DNA of 63,131 nt, the filler included, from Octopus bimaculoides (taxonomy: Eukaryota): assembly GCF_001194135.2 (NCBI RefSeq). It is 4 parts of 4 records of this genome, joined end to end, with 100 filler letters (N's around TTAATTAATTAA, not from the genome) between each part and the next. Parts side by side here need not be neighbours in the genome. Positions count along the whole stretch, not along the records: positions 17,495 to 44,657 come from NC_069006.1; 3 more parts are not named here. One strand, given 5' to 3'. Each line of letters starts with the position of its first letter. The stretch's first letter is position 1. A program made the position numbers and the translations under genes. The notes under the pieces are model-generated. The model was not told where the DNA came from, ran no database searches, and was given only the letters and a program-made list of their open reading frames with translations. Positions 26,670 to 39,952 of the stretch are shown here, one piece after another.

Positions 26670-27730
26670 TGGTTTCTAATTTAGGCACAAGGCCAGCAAT
26701 TTTGAGGGGTTCGGGATTGATGTCATCAGCTCCAGTACTTGACTAATATTTTATTTTATTGACCCCCAAAGCAATGAAAGGCAAAGTTGACTTGGCAGGG
26801 TTTTGATCTCAAAATGTAATGAACTGGAGCAAATACAACAAGGGATTCCAACCCGCTCCCTCCCCAATGCTTTAATGATTCTTTCAGCTAATTGTTTCTA
26901 ACTTAGGGACAAGGCCTGAAATTTGCAGTAAGGGAGATAAAAAAGGGGATTACCCCAGCCCTTTGTTGGTGCTTCCAACCTTCATGCGAGTTGAACACAG
27001 AACAGATAAAATGGAAATTTAATAATAATAATAATAAACTTTTCTACTCCAGGCACAGGGCCTGAAATTTGTAGGAAGGGGTTTAGTCAATTACATCAAA
27101 CCCAATACTCAACTAGTATACGTATTATTCCATTGACCCTTAAAGGATGAAAGGCAATGTTGAGTTCAGTGGAATTCAAACTCAGAACATAAAAATCGGT
27201 AAAATGCATGGATCTGCATTTTGTCCGACATGAAGATGCTTCCACCAGTTTTCCACAACAATAATAATAATAATAATAATGATTTCAAATTTTGCCACAA
27301 GGGCAGCAACTTTGGGGGAGGGGATGAGTTGATTACATCGACCCCCCAGTGTTCAACTGGTACTTATTTTACTGACCCCCAAAGGATGAAAGGCAAAATC
27401 TTCCTCGGCAGGATTTGAAACTCAGAATGTACAAATGGATGAAATGTCATAAAGCAGTCTGCCTGGTGCACAGACGATTCTACCAGCACACAGTCTTAGA
27501 ATAATAATAATAATCCTTTTTATTCTCTAGGCACAAGGCCTGAAATTTGGGAGAGGGGGATAGTTAATTACAATGACCCTCAATACTTGACTGGTACTTA
27601 TTTTATCGACCCCCAAGGGATGAAAGGCAAAGGTGACCTCGGCAAAATTTGAGCTCAGAATCTAATGACAGACGAAATGCCATTAAGCATTTTTGTTCAA
27701 CTCACCAATGTTTCTACCAGCTTGCCACAA
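26670..27730 (-). mobile_element. Chain of about five SINE family A copies separated by (AAT)n
   Basis: Units start near 26671, 26893 (partial), 27038, 27281 and 27514, all in the same orientation. Confidence 0.85.
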
Positions 27731-27779
27731 TAATAATAATATTAATAGTAATAATAACAATGATAATAATAATAATTAG

Positions 27780-28218
27780 TTGAGCATGTCCCTTGGTGGC
27801 TGACGATATGTGCATCTCTGATCACGAGCAGAAGTTGTGGGAGGGAGCATCATAGCCATGTGTTGAGAGGTAGTCTTTGGGGTTTGAATAATTCACCCTT
27901 GGAAACATGGNNNNNNNNNNTTTGGGGTTTGAATAATTCACCCTTGGAAACATGGGTGTTTTGCTCAACATCCTTAAACAAACCTTATTCAGGGACCTTT
28001 TGAGCAGGATGGGCTACTCGACCTGAAGAAAATTCTAACTGGGCCCCACCTGAAAGGTCATGCCCTGTTTATCTTGATACGAGATCAGCATGTCGCGCAC
28101 ATATGGTTGTGATGCACGTGCCTGGTGTACCCTTATCAGACGGGTAGTCATGATGGGTAGAATGGGCTTCGTAAAACTCCAGTGTCACATTGATGGCATG
28201 CACTGCTCTCTCACTCAA
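27780..28218 (+). mobile_element. Young, CpG-retaining retroelement 3' segment embedded in (AAT)n
   Basis: GC-rich about 430-bp block flanked on both sides by (AAT)n, ending ...CTCTCTCACTCAATAAT; contains a 10-N overlap gap. Confidence 0.5.
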
Positions 28219-28940
28219 TAATTATAATAATAATAACGATGATGATGCTTCAAATTTCAGAACAAGGCCACAAAGAGTCGATCCCTAGTATTTGATGAGT
28301 ACTTTTTTTTTAATTCTTCCCCCACAACTTCCCAAAAGAAGAAAAGCAAAAATAAACCATGGCTGGATTTGAACTTAAAATACAGAGTTGGAGGTAATGT
28401 TAAAAATACCAAAGTGTGTTGTCTCTTGTTCTATCAATTCTGTCTGTCATTCTACTAATTACCAATCTTGTCTTTCATTCTACTGATTCTGACCAACATT
28501 TTAGTGATTCCAATTGTCATCCTGGCCATTGCTTCATGAATCTTGGCTGTCATTGCACCAATTTCAGCAGTCATCTTGACGAACTACCTATCACTTGTCC
28601 AATCCCAACAGGCACTTTACCATCATTTTACTGATCCCAACAGTCATTTGACCAATCCCGACTGTCAATTCATGGATCTGTCATCACTTCACCAATTCTG
28701 TTCTTCTGTCCCCTGATTTTGACAACTGACTAACACAATGAACTACTACTACTAATATTTTCTTAGACACATGACTACACATTAAGGAGGGGAGTGGTAG
28801 GGTATAATTGGTTTTACTTGGTCCCCAGTACATGACTGGTACATTATGTGATCGACTCTTAGTCCCAGGATAATGGAGGCATGAAATTAACCCCAGAGAA
28901 TTTGAAATGAACTTAAAAAAAGTTTTTAAATTACCATAAT

Positions 28941-29160
28941 CCTTTCTACAATTGGCACAAGGCCTGATATTTGTGGGGAGGGGACTAGGCAATTACATCA
29001 ACCCCCACCCAGTGCTCAACTGGTACTTGTTTTTTTAATCCTGAAAGGATGAAAGGTAAAGTTGACCTCAGTGGAATTTGAACTCAAACTGTGAAGACAG
29101 ATGAAACACCACGAAGCATTTTGTCTGACATACAAATGATTCTGCCCGCTTGCCATCTTA

Positions 29161-29195
<35 letters not shown>

Positions 29196-29532
29196 TTTCA
29201 AATTTTGGCACAAGGCCGGTAATTTCAGGGGAGCAGGGCTGGTCAGTTACATCAACCCCAATGCATGACTGGTATACTTATTTCATTGTCCCTGTAAGGA
29301 TGAAAAGCAAAGTCAGCCTCTGCAGAATTTAAACTCAGAACGTGAAGACAGACAAAACGCTACTAAGCATTTTGCCCGGCATGCAAACAATTCTGAATAA
29401 TAATAATAATAAAAAAAATAATTAAAAAAAAAAAATAATAATAATAATATGGTTTCAAATTTTGGCACAAGACCAGCAATTTCAGAGGATAGGGTAAGTT
29501 GATTATATCAACCACGGTACTTGACTGGTACT
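28941..29532 (-). mobile_element. Chain of SINE family A copies (about 28941, 29194 and partial 29451)
   Basis: Same diagnostic motifs; separated by poly-A and (AAT)n. Confidence 0.8.
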
Positions 29533-29553
29533 TTGATAACAACAATAATAATG

Positions 29554-29584
<31 letters not shown>

Positions 29585-29670
29585 TAATAATAATGATAAA
29601 TAATAATGATGATGATGATAATGATGATGATAATGATAATAGTAATGATGATAATAATAATAATGATAGT
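29533..29670. repeat. Compound (AAT)n/(GAT)n microsatellite
   Basis: Directly visible triplet runs. Confidence 0.95.
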
Positions 29671-29689
29671 AACACCAGCAAGTTTAGGC

Positions 29690-30165
29690 AGTGATGATAT
29701 TCATGCATTTCCTAAGGTCATTATTGAATACTCAACCCCTGGCAGGAGAGATGATGGTCGAGAGGAAGGTTGCTACCCTCCTGGGGTAAAATTGCTGAGA
29801 GTAGCGAGTTTGGCTCGGTTTGAATGGGCCTACCTTCTCAAGCATGCACCCAGTAGGCCCGGAGAACACAGCTGGTAGAGAAGAGGGGGAGGGAAGAGGA
29901 GGGGCACTTTCCGTAGGTAGTAAAAGTCATTTGGGAATCTTTTGGAGGTGGAAGGGGTGGGTGAGTCCCATGAATGACACTTCTGCTCCCTCCCCCCCCT
30001 CGTTTGGAACATACCATTCTCTACTTTTAGTTTCTGCATTCATTTACACATTCTTGATTCAGTTACCATTTCTCATCACCATTGTTTGTTTGTGTTGTTT
30101 GTTTTTCGTAACATATGCAGGTAATATCCCATTGTTTGCAGCTCTTGTGACAAATATAAAGAACA
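29690..30165 (+). mobile_element. Possible LINE (L1/Tx1-like) 3' end
   Basis: GC-rich coding-like segment followed by T-rich UTR-like sequence and an A-rich end (AAATATAAAGAA); no diagnostic motif recognised. Confidence 0.3.
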
Positions 30166-30887
30166 GATTATTATTATTGTTATTGTTATTATTATTGTTA
30201 TAATTATTATTATTAAAATAAATCATTTTTTTAATATTTTGTGTGTTCGTGTGTGTGTGTGTGTGTTTGAATAAGGAATTTTATGGAGCACCAGAAATAT
30301 TTACAAATAACACATCACCATCGTCGTCATGATGAACATTTGTCATCATCATCATCATCATCATCACCACCACAAACATTGTCAACAAATGTAGCGCTCA
30401 CCACTGCCACCACCACCATTAGAAGTATTGAATAAGGTCATGGGCCCTATTCCCCCCACAACCATTTTCCTTTGGTTGGTTAATGCGATAAAACTGTTCC
30501 AACCCCACAAAAAAAAAAAACATTAAAAAAAAAACCTTGATAAATTCAATATGGTTTTCTTTAACTGGTTTGGTCCTAACCTGAAGACATCTTGAATAAG
30601 CAGCTGAATGACCTCTGACTCAAGGTCAAACACCTCATCTCATCAAAGGTCACACTAAAATTTCAAACCTTACCAAAAGCTTTACAGCTTTTATCTTTTC
30701 ATTTCTTTTTCGTTTCAGACAAACATATACATACATACATATATNNNNNNNNNNNNNNNNNNNNNNNNNNNNNNNNNNNNNNNNNNNNNNNNNNNNNNNN
30801 NNNNNNNNNNNNNNNNNNNNNNNNTATCTTTGTGGTTTGACTTTATACACATCCTAGCAATAAAGTAAAACAGAAATAACAACAACA

Positions 30888-31428
30888 ATCCTTTTTACAA
30901 TAACCAGGGGGCCTGAAATGTTCGGGGGGAGGGGGGAAGGGGATAGTCAATTACATGTATCCCAATACTTAAATAATAATAATAATAATCCTTTCTACTA
31001 TAGGGACAAGGCCTGACATTTTTGTGGGAAGGGGTATAGTTGAGTTCATTGAACCCCACCCCCCTAACTGGCACTTAATTTATCAACCCCGAAAGGATGA
31101 AAGGCAAAGTCGACCCCAGTGGAATTTGAACTCAAAACGTAAAGACAGACGAAATACTTCTAAGCATTTCGTTGGGTATGCTAACAATTCTGCCAAATAA
31201 TAATAATAATAATAATCTTTACTGCTATAGGCATGAGGGCAGGAATGTTGAGGAGGGTTAGGTTGTTTGCACTGACCCCAGTGCTCAACTGGTACTTCTG
31301 CCGTCGACCTCAAAAGGAAGAAAGGCAAAGTCAACCTCAGTGGAGTTTGAACTCAGAACATAAAGCCAAACGAAATACTGCAAAGCATTCTGTCAAGCTT
31401 TTTAACGATTCTACTTGTTCACCACCTT
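30888..31428 (-). mobile_element. Chain of three SINE family A copies (first partial) with (AAT)n spacers
   Basis: Units near 30888, 30989 and 31216; a further copy lies at 32316-32532. Confidence 0.85.
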
Positions 31429-31440
31429 AATAACAATAAC

Positions 31441-31488
<48 letters not shown>

Positions 31489-32599
31489 ATGATATTATTA
31501 TTATAATAAAAGGATAGTTATTTTGAAACAAGTTACATTTGGAAAATGCTTTTCTCTCATCAGTGTTAAAAGCTTGATAGCTTTCTCTCCTTCTTTATCT
31601 TCTTTCAGAAACATAAAAGTCAGTCAAAATATTCTAATAAAATTGTTCTATTTTGTTGGGTTTTGTTGTCACTGCTTGGTATTTTGCTTAAAATGCAGTA
31701 ATCTTTGAGTCTGTTTGCAAGATATCTTTTATAAATATTTCAATTTTTTTTTTCTCAAGATATATTCTAATTTCCCTCTCTCTCATTAACGTTACAATCA
31801 GATATATTTTTTCCAATGCATCAATGTTGAAGGCTAGTTAGTTCGCTTGCGATGTGCCCATCCATTCCAGCCCCCACCACCATTCCAAGAATCTACATTC
31901 TAATCAATTTTCCCTTCCCCGATACATAATAATCCTTTAATCTCATCTCTTTTGTAGTATTTTTTTACAAATTAAGTGCTCTTTATACCAGATACCACTA
32001 TCTTCTATCTAACATTTATCTCTCTAAGACAGCATCATGCCAAAAATGGGAAAGAAGAAGATCTAGCAAATACCTATAATTAAGACTAAGAGAACCAAAA
32101 ATGTCACCAAAGACTATTTGAACTCCTCCCCAACTCTTCCTATTATGTCTAAAACTTTAGGGTAGCCACGTGAAGGCTGGTAATATAAAAGGGACGAGAG
32201 AGAGAGAGAGTGCGAGCAAGGGCAGGGGACTGGTGTAAAAATACCTAAGCAACACCAGAAACCCCAGACTATCTCCTTCTAAAAGTTACAACCATGGGGC
32301 AGACAGCCATGATACTGATTTCAAATTTTGATACAAGGCCAGCAATTCTGGGGGGAAGGGGTAACTTGATTACCTTGATCCCAGTGCGTGAATGGTACTT
32401 ATTCTATCGACCCCAAAAGGATGAAAGGCAAAGTTGACCTTGGTGGAGTTTGAACTCAGAGCATAAAGATGGACAAAATGCCTGCTAAGCATTTTGTCTG
32501 GTGTGGTAACAATTCTGCCAGCTCGCTGCCTTAGATAGCCTTAATATTAACAATACAAAAGGGATACAGAGCAGCCTTTATTCAAGTAACTGAGGCCCT

Positions 32600-34400
32600 T
32601 CTGTAACACTTGGTAATCCGCAAATGGATCATATCTTGAAGTGAGAGAGAAAGGGGAAGAAAAAGAAGCCTTCTCAGAATGTGATGCATCAATACTAACA
32701 ACACAATTCTAGAGGAGTAAACCTTGAAAAATGTATCTGGGTGGGTTAGGGTTCATGAACAGGGGACAGCAGACAACCGAGAAAAGGACAACTCTGAAAA
32801 TAAACCAAGCGTAGTAGTAAAAACGCCAGTGTGAGACTGGATGTGGTTTAACTGCCTCATATAGAGGGTGGATGGAGTTTCTATGAACCTTCACTGGTAA
32901 TCCATCTAATGATGTCACAAAAAAAAAAACACAAGAAAACAAAAACCACTTAAACAAACCCTATGAGTGAAATATTTGAAAGAAATATTATAGATAATGG
33001 CATAAACAGAACTGGAACCAGTGATGAAGGTGCTATGCCTAGGTATCCCATTGAGAAGCAAGATGGGTCTGGTTGTCAAACTGTGACTGCTAGCATAGAA
33101 GAATTAAAGAAAAAATTCAGCAAAGAAATAAATGCAATTGTCATAGAGTGCCATTAATCCTTTAGCGTTTAATCTGGTCTCGTCCAGCCCAAATATTCTG
33201 CCTGTTTTATGTTAATAAAACTGACCAGATCCAACCTCTCACGCCTACCCTACAATGTCTAAAAATATAGAAACACACCATTGAAATCTTGAAGCTACAA
33301 GAGAATGCCTGACTAATTCAAAAGAATGTGAATAAATAAGCTTCACATTTGACAGAGTAATCTGAATGATAAAGAGAGAGAGATGTACTGAGAATGGCAG
33401 TATTGTGGAATATGTGAAACGAGAGAAGAAAAGTTTTGTCAGAGTGACAAGAAAGAAAATCTGGTTAATAGATTCAGAAGTGGAAATTATCGAGAGAAGA
33501 GTATACGAAGAGGATGACAATACAAGATGAATGTAATAGCGCTAATAATGACGAGCTGATCAAGACCAATACAGCTCCTTAAATGGCAGAAGAAATACAA
33601 ATCAATCTGCTTGAGGTGTCAATGGTAACTGACACGGCCACCACCGATGAAGAAAAATGAATTGTAGATAGAGTAGAAGAGTTGGTAAGGACGGAGAATT
33701 TTGGAGTGATGTGTGACTAAGAAACTGGAGAAGTAAACAGGATCTTAAAAGTATACACATGCAAACAATATCACCGAAACTAGCAGACTAAATGCAACAA
33801 ATATAATGGTGGCAGAAAATATAGGATTTGAATAAAACAGCCAAAACAGATAGAAAATGGACCACGGTGGAAGAGGAGGATCGTTGGAGACGTAAAAAGA
33901 ATGCAGAATAATCTGTCAGAAGAAAGAAGAGAGAACTGAAGAATCAGTGGAAATATAACAGGTTGAAAAAAAGGTATGATGTTGATTTCAAAGGATTACA
34001 GGTAGGAATCAAACTAAAACACAGGCAACTGAAGAGAGTCAAAAAAAAAAATCACTCAATATGATCAGAGAATCAAAGAGTACAGAGAAAAGAGAATCTT
34101 CAAAACTGACCAAAAATAGATTTTATCAGGAAATAAAAGGAGAAACAAAGATTTTGGAGCAATATGGGGGTGGAGGAGAAGGAAACGTACAACATTAATA
34201 CAAAGTGGCTACACAACATGAAAGAAACAAATATATCTCCTGGAACAAGACATTAAGATAAATAGGGGACATGTGAGTAGTAAGATAAACAACTGAAAAG
34301 CATCCGGCTCAGATGGAGTTGAGGGGTTTTGGATGATGAAATTTACAGTTCTACAAAAAGATAGCAAAAACAGTTAGGCACATGTCTTGAAGACCATACA
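32600..34400 (+). mobile_element. Decayed 5' half of an R4/Dong-clade non-LTR retrotransposon (putative 5' UTR plus ORF from ATG 32963)
   Basis: Ordered motifs KKKFSKEINAIVIEC (N-terminal), LFKTDQ-RFYQEI (about 34100) and N*KASGSDGVEGFWMMK (34291-34341, cf. WKAPGPDG..GFW.K). Confidence 0.75.
33158..33374. mobile_element. piggyBac-like MITE (TTAA + TCCTTTAGC start) interrupting the R4/Dong ORF; a second copy lies in reverse at about 58595-58750
   Basis: TTAA at 33154-33157; shared core CCAAATATTC...CAGATC..CCTCTCAC.CCTAC; the other copy ends AAGGG-TTAA at 58746-58754. Confidence 0.5.
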
Positions 34401-35704
34401 GAAATCCCAGGTTTATTTCTTGCCCTTTCTACTCCATACTTGTTAAATAATTCCCAATGGATCATTCAAGCATCTGTTGTATTCTTTCTGGGCCAATTTG
34501 CTTCAAATGTGCCTCACTTGTCTCTCCAATTTCACCAAGAATGAATCAAAAAGAAATCCCAAGAATGGATCAGTTTGGAAAAGATCTTCACAAAAGCATT
34601 GTTAATCAACTCCGCAAAAGCTTCCAATGTACATCTTGTATTCTCATTCATGAGAATATTCACTGAGAAATAGTCACAGACTTTGGAACTCATAAGACAC
34701 TGAAAGAGGGCAAACTCAAGATGTAATAGCACTTCCATTTCTTTTTAAAATCACTGATTAGGAGACATTGATCTATTCCTAGACAGGGCTCGTTCCTCTC
34801 CAACTGATCCAGAATTTCAAGAATTATTTCTGTTTTTGATATTATTATACAGATTGGAGAAGGCACATGTAGCTGTTCATTTAGCCAGTTTCTCTTTTGG
34901 AAATATTGGTCTTTCAAGCTTCTTTGCTTTTGTAGAAACAAACAGTAAGAGATACACTACAAACCCCAAATTCAAAATAGCAGGAATTGACATGTTTGTT
35001 AAATGATTTCCAAATGATCCATGAGATGGGGTCAGAGTCGATTCTCAATCAACAGGGTATGAAAAATGTGCAACATTAGAAGTCTTAAGATTTGCTTCAA
35101 AGATTAAATGTCACAGTCCTGAGAAAACGCTGTGATGTATCTTTTACAAGAAAGTTACATTAATGGTAAGGATGATTTTATAGTGATGATGAAGAAATTG
35201 ATAGCACTAACCCCTATCATTACAAATCTAAGGGGATAATATCTTGTACACCTTTTTTATCACAAAGAACAAAAACTATTTCACTTAGTTTCATGATGTG
35301 GATGGCTTTACAAGGAGAGAGAAGAGCCTTGAATGCGATAAAATTAGATGGAGTTGACGACAATGAAACTGCTGAGATAGCAATAAGATTAATGAGAACC
35401 AGAGAAGTAAAAGATACAAGGAAAGGATTCTTTGAATGTGAATGAGTTTAGAGAAAGGGCTGAAGAACCTGAACTTTCCACTGACACAGATGAATCTATA
35501 TCCGAAGACCTAGAATCAGATGTAGACCAAATATGGAGGAAATAAGATGTGATGACGAAAGTTGTCCAAGGTCATCCTGTACAGGTTATCATCTGTCAAT
35601 ATTTTGAAACAAGACCATCAGGGAATTCTTGGTGAAGTAGCGGCTTGCACAGAAGACTCTGTTATTTGCATGTTACATGTTTGGATTAGTTGTATGTGTG
35701 TGTG

Positions 35705-35744
<40 letters not shown>

Positions 35745-35793
35745 ATATATGTATATATAAAATATATATATAGATATATATGTATTTAAAATA

Positions 35794-35831
<38 letters not shown>

Positions 35832-35889
35832 TATATATACATACACAAATATATATACACATGTATATAAATATATATATGGAATAAAA

Positions 35890-36160
35890 ATTTAAGTTAG
35901 GAAAAAAGAAGTCAAATTAACATTACAATTGTTTTCATAAACGATTAATTCTTTTATTTCCCATGTCATGCAATGTTACGTAATAGCCATGAGTCAATTG
36001 TATTTTCAAATCAAGGATGTCTGACAAAGTGAACAAACTATAAATTCATTAGGACATATTTCTATATATGGAAATGCATTACATAACATTGTATGAGATG
36101 GGAAATAAAAAATACATCGAGCGTAACATCGATTTGACTTCTCCTTTACTCATTTAGATT
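35890..36160. mobile_element. Foldback/MITE-like inverted repeat
   Basis: TTTTATTTCCCATGTCATGCAATGTTACGTAAT (about 35952-35985) pairs with about 36078-36110; outer arms AGAAGTCAAAT/ATTTGACTTCT. Confidence 0.65.
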
Positions 36161-36577
36161 ATTACCAATATTATTATTATTATTATTATTATTATTGTTG
36201 TTATTATTATTATTGTTATTATTATTTACTCTGCATGGCTTATATTAAACCTACAGGATCTTACCTTGGAGTTGCGAACGGCTCCTGTTTGAGTTAATTG
36301 AAGTCTCACTCATTTTCCTTTGATTATTGGAAAGCTATGCTAAACAGGATCCTATGTGATCTGCTGATGAGCAATTGCGTGGGTTATAACTATCCCCTCA
36401 ATCAATCAATCAATCAATATATATAATAATATGAGATGTTTTAGTATCCGGAAGACCCCAAAATGCAGGTAAGGCTACGTAAGTGTTATGGAAGGACTGC
36501 TTTTAAGCTCCTGGTTCAATAATAGCATGAGTGAGGAGTCTGGTAGGTTGTGTATGAGCATGTATATGTGTGTGTGC

Positions 36578-36619
<42 letters not shown>

Positions 36620-36620
<1 letters not shown>

Positions 36621-36830
36621 GTGAAGGCATGTGGCCTAGTGATTAGGGTGTTGCACTCACGATCGCTAGACCATGGGTTCAATTTCCAGACTGGGAGGTG
36701 CGTTGTGTTCTTGAGCAAAACACCTCATTTCATTTTGCTCCAGTCCCCCCCTATCGATCAAGGGGAAGTGTTGGCCTGCTTGCCTAGCCAGCAGGGTGGC
36801 ATCATTCGATGGCTAAAACAATTGTAACAT
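36620..36830 (+). mobile_element. tRNA-derived SINE, third family (CORE-like central GTGTTCTTGAGCAAAACAC)
   Basis: A-box-like TGGCCTAGTGA and B-box-like GGTTCAATTTCC, followed by a CORE/V-type block. Confidence 0.65.
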
Positions 36831-36861
36831 GATACTCTGGTTGGTCATGTGATCACGTGAC

Positions 36862-36914
<53 letters not shown>

Positions 36915-38134
36915 CACACAGATACATACATAAAATTCTATATACAAAGCAATACAGGTTATGCTATCAGATGAGCTAGCACTGGTCTCGTGGTCTGGCT
37001 GTTAAAAGGCCCATTTCACATAATCTGGTATCCTCAACATTATTTGCAGTGTGTGTGTGTGTGGGGGGGGGGAAAGGTGGTTACATATGAGGGTGAGAGA
37101 GAGGAAGAGGGAGAGGGAGAGAGAGACAGGGAGAAAAGTGCTAAACTAATGGTAACAAAACAAGTTTTTAAGAATAAAATATTCGTCAGGAACCCTGTCA
37201 CTTTCCCTCAATTATTTTTTCAAAATAAAAAAACCAAAAACAAATATATTTCAAATATGGGGATTAAGGAGCGACCCCAATTTGAAGGAATGACCCTTAT
37301 TTCTTTTTAGTTTTTCTTTTGAGAGATTTTCCACTGCCTTGGTGGTAGCAGAAATAGTAGTACATGTGATTGTTGTGGCATGTAGTGGTAATGATGGTGG
37401 TATAGGCTACAGTTGTGACAGCATCATTATTGTTATTGTATTGATGGTTGTGGTGGTAGTATTTGTGAATTTGTCCTATCAGTATTGGTGGTAGTTCCCA
37501 TGGTGGGGTGGTGGTGGTGGTTACAATGGTAGTGACTGTTTTGGTTGCAGTAGCTGATATTTAGTGGTAGTATTGGCAGTTGTTGCAGTGTGGATGGTCG
37601 TTTTGATGATGTTGGCTGTGGTTGTAGTTTTTAAGTGATTTTTTTTGTAGTATAGGTTACAGCGACGGTAGTAGTGATATTGGCTGTCTGTAGTTTTTGG
37701 TAGTGGTAATATTTGGTTATATAGTTTTGTGGTTAACACAGGCAGTGGTTCTATGTCAGTATTGGATGTAGCACAGTGATAGTAGTGGTGGTAGTCTTTA
37801 GTCAAGTTTAGCAAGGGGTATAAGATTATGTAGGTATGGAAGAGTGTGTGTGTGTGTGTTTAAGAGAAGACAGAGATAGTTTTACAAGGGAGAGAGAGAG
37901 AGAAACAGAGGAAGGGCTGCTCCTCTTTTCCCAAAATATCCTTTTTAAAATTTTGTTTGATATATATATGTATATATATATATATGTGTGTGCGTGTGTG
38001 TGTGTGTATTTATTCACTTCTGAGTCTTGGGGTGTTGGTGGTGGTGGTGGTGGCGGCAGGGGAAGAAAGTTTGTGTGTCTGTCTGTTTGTCTGGTCATCA
38101 CTGACTATAATATGACGTGTTCTTGCACGTTGTG

Positions 38135-38670
38135 TTATGCTGCGTGGTGATGATGATGCGGAGGAAGATGTTGCCTATGAAGCTGGTTCTGTTGTTGTTG
38201 TTGTTGTTGCTGTTGTAGATTCTGCTGTGGTGGTGGTGGAGGCTGTGAATAAGACGAGTGAGGATGATGAGAAAGAGTCTGTTGTTGTTGCTGCTGTTGA
38301 AGTTCAAAGTCCTCTAAGATCGGTGCACTCGGTGCAGACGCACGGTAAGGCGTGCAATTTACCGGTGCATGCGGTGGTATGATGACGGCTGTACTTAGCG
38401 TCTGTTGTGCATCCATTGCATCTGTTGCTGCTGCTAATGGTGGAAGCCCCGGCTGTTGTGTCTGGTGTTGCAGCTCCGCTCCGCTTTCCGTGTCCAAAAG
38501 CCTGTTCATGGTTTCCGGTTTCTCGGATGCCTTCTCTTCCGACGGGTAGCGACGCTTCTTGCCGAGGCAAGGAAACATGCTGTACAACAGGCTACCCATG
38601 TAGGACGGCTTCTGTTTCTGTAGACTGTCTTCCTTGTCAGACAGTTTCTCAGGAACATCGAGGGAGTCGA
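38135..38670 (-). CDS. Terminal coding exon (536 nt, phase 1, TAA at 38137-38135) of the same unidentified protein; low-complexity Q/P/H-rich tail
   Basis: Acceptor tttttctattgcag at 38672-38671. The split codon A+TC joins KLNE-I-DSLDVPEK in frame, and 177 sense codons follow in GC-rich, coding-like sequence. Confidence 0.8.
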
Positions 38671-38698
38671 CTGCAATAGAAAAATGAAATAAAAAACA

Positions 38699-38751
<53 letters not shown>

Positions 38752-38769
38752 TATCAAATTTTGGCAAAT

Positions 38770-39725
38770 TTCGGCACAGGAGTGGCTGTGTGGTAAGTAG
38801 CTTGCTTACCAATCACAGTGTCCTGGGTTCAGTCCCACTGCGTGGCACNNNNNNNNNNNNNNNNNNNNNNNNNNNNNNNNNNNNNNNNNNNNNNNNNNNN
38901 NNNNNNNNNNNNNNNNNNNNNNNNNNNNNNNNNNNNNNNNNNNNNNNNNNNNNNNNNNNNNNNNNNNNNNNNNNNNNNNNNNNNNNNNNNNNNNNNNNNN
39001 NNNNNNNNNNNNNNNNNNNNNNNNNNNNNNNNNNNNNNNNNNNNNNNNNNNNNNNNNNNNNNNNNNNNNNNNNNNNNNNNNNNNNNNNNNNNNNNNNNNN
39101 NNNNNNNNNNNNNNNNNNNNNNNNNNNNNNNNNNNNNNNNNNNNNNNNNNNNNNNNNNNNNNNNNNNNNNNNNNNNNNNNNNNNNNNNNNNNNNNNNNNN
39201 NNNNNNNNNNNNNNNNNNNNNNNNNNNNNNNNNNNNNNNNNNNNNNNNNNNNNNNNNNNNNNNNNNNNNNNNNNNNNNNNNNNNNNNNNNNNNNNNNNNN
39301 NNNNNNNNNNNNNNNNNNNNNNNNNNNNNNNNNNNNNNNNNNNNNNNNNNNNNNNNNNNNNNNNNNNNNNNNNNNNNNNNNNNNNNNNNNNNNNNNNNNN
39401 NNNNNNNNNNNNNNNNNNNNNNNNNNNNNNNNNNNNNNNNNNNNNNNNNNNNNNNNNNNNNNNNNNNNNNNNNNNNNNNNNNNNNNNNNNNNNNNNNNNN
39501 NNNNNNNNNNNNNNNNNNNNNNNNNNNNNNNNNNNNNNNNNNNNNNNNNNNNNNNNNNNNNNNNNNNNNNNNNNNNNNNNNNNNNNNNNNNNNNNNNNNN
39601 NNNNNNNNNNNNNNTAGAATAAGTACTAGGCTTACAAAGAATAAGTCCTGGGGCCGATTTGCTCGATTAAAGGCAGTGCTCCAGCATGGCCACAGTCAAA
39701 AGACTGAAACAAGTAAAAGAGTAAA
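38770..39725 (+). mobile_element. SINE family B copy spanning an N gap, in the last intron of the death-domain gene
   Basis: Head GGCACAGGAGTGGCTGTGTGGTAAG before the gap; tail ...GACTGAAACAAGTAAAAGAG after it. Confidence 0.75.
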
Positions 39726-39729
39726 AAGT

Positions 39730-39913
39730 AAGGCCAGCAAATTAAGTTGATTACATCGACCCCAGTGTTCAACTGCTACTTATTTTATTGACCCCCGAAA
39801 GGATAACAGCCAAAGTTGCCCTTGGTGGAATTTGAACCCAGAATGTAAAAACAAACAAAAATGCTGCAAAGTATTTCACCCAACGTGCTAACAATTCCAC
39901 CAGCTCACTGCCT

Positions 39914-39952
<39 letters not shown>

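Noticed and set aside
27876-27955. 35-bp direct repeat around the 10-N gap
   Set aside because: The exact duplication on both sides of a minimal gap indicates overlapping contig ends, an assembly artefact.
28430-28710. Coding potential of the about 21-nt periodic tract (ORF 28416..28634)
   Set aside because: It looks like a decayed minisatellite (CCAATCCC..CTGTCA variants), with no splice signals or recognisable domain.
23520-31428. CRISPR-like or satellite interpretation of regularly spaced repeats
   Set aside because: The units are about 200-bp Pol III SINEs with A/B boxes and microsatellite tails in a eukaryotic genome; there are no short repeat-spacer arrays or cas genes.
36620-36700. 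tRNA genes at SINE heads (also 38770, 48058, 62650)
   Set aside because: A/B boxes are present but continue into SINE bodies, and no complete cloverleaf is evident.
37400-37814. Thr-rich minus-strand ORF as a mucin-like exon
   Set aside because: It is a degenerate GTG/GTA/GTT triplet tract downstream of the 38135 stop, with no convincing splice sites; more likely 3' UTR or intergenic low complexity.
38098-38757. Overlapping alternative-frame and antisense ORFs over the terminal exon
   Set aside because: These are expected by-products of GC-rich CAG/CAC repeats; only one frame is phase-compatible with the upstream exon.
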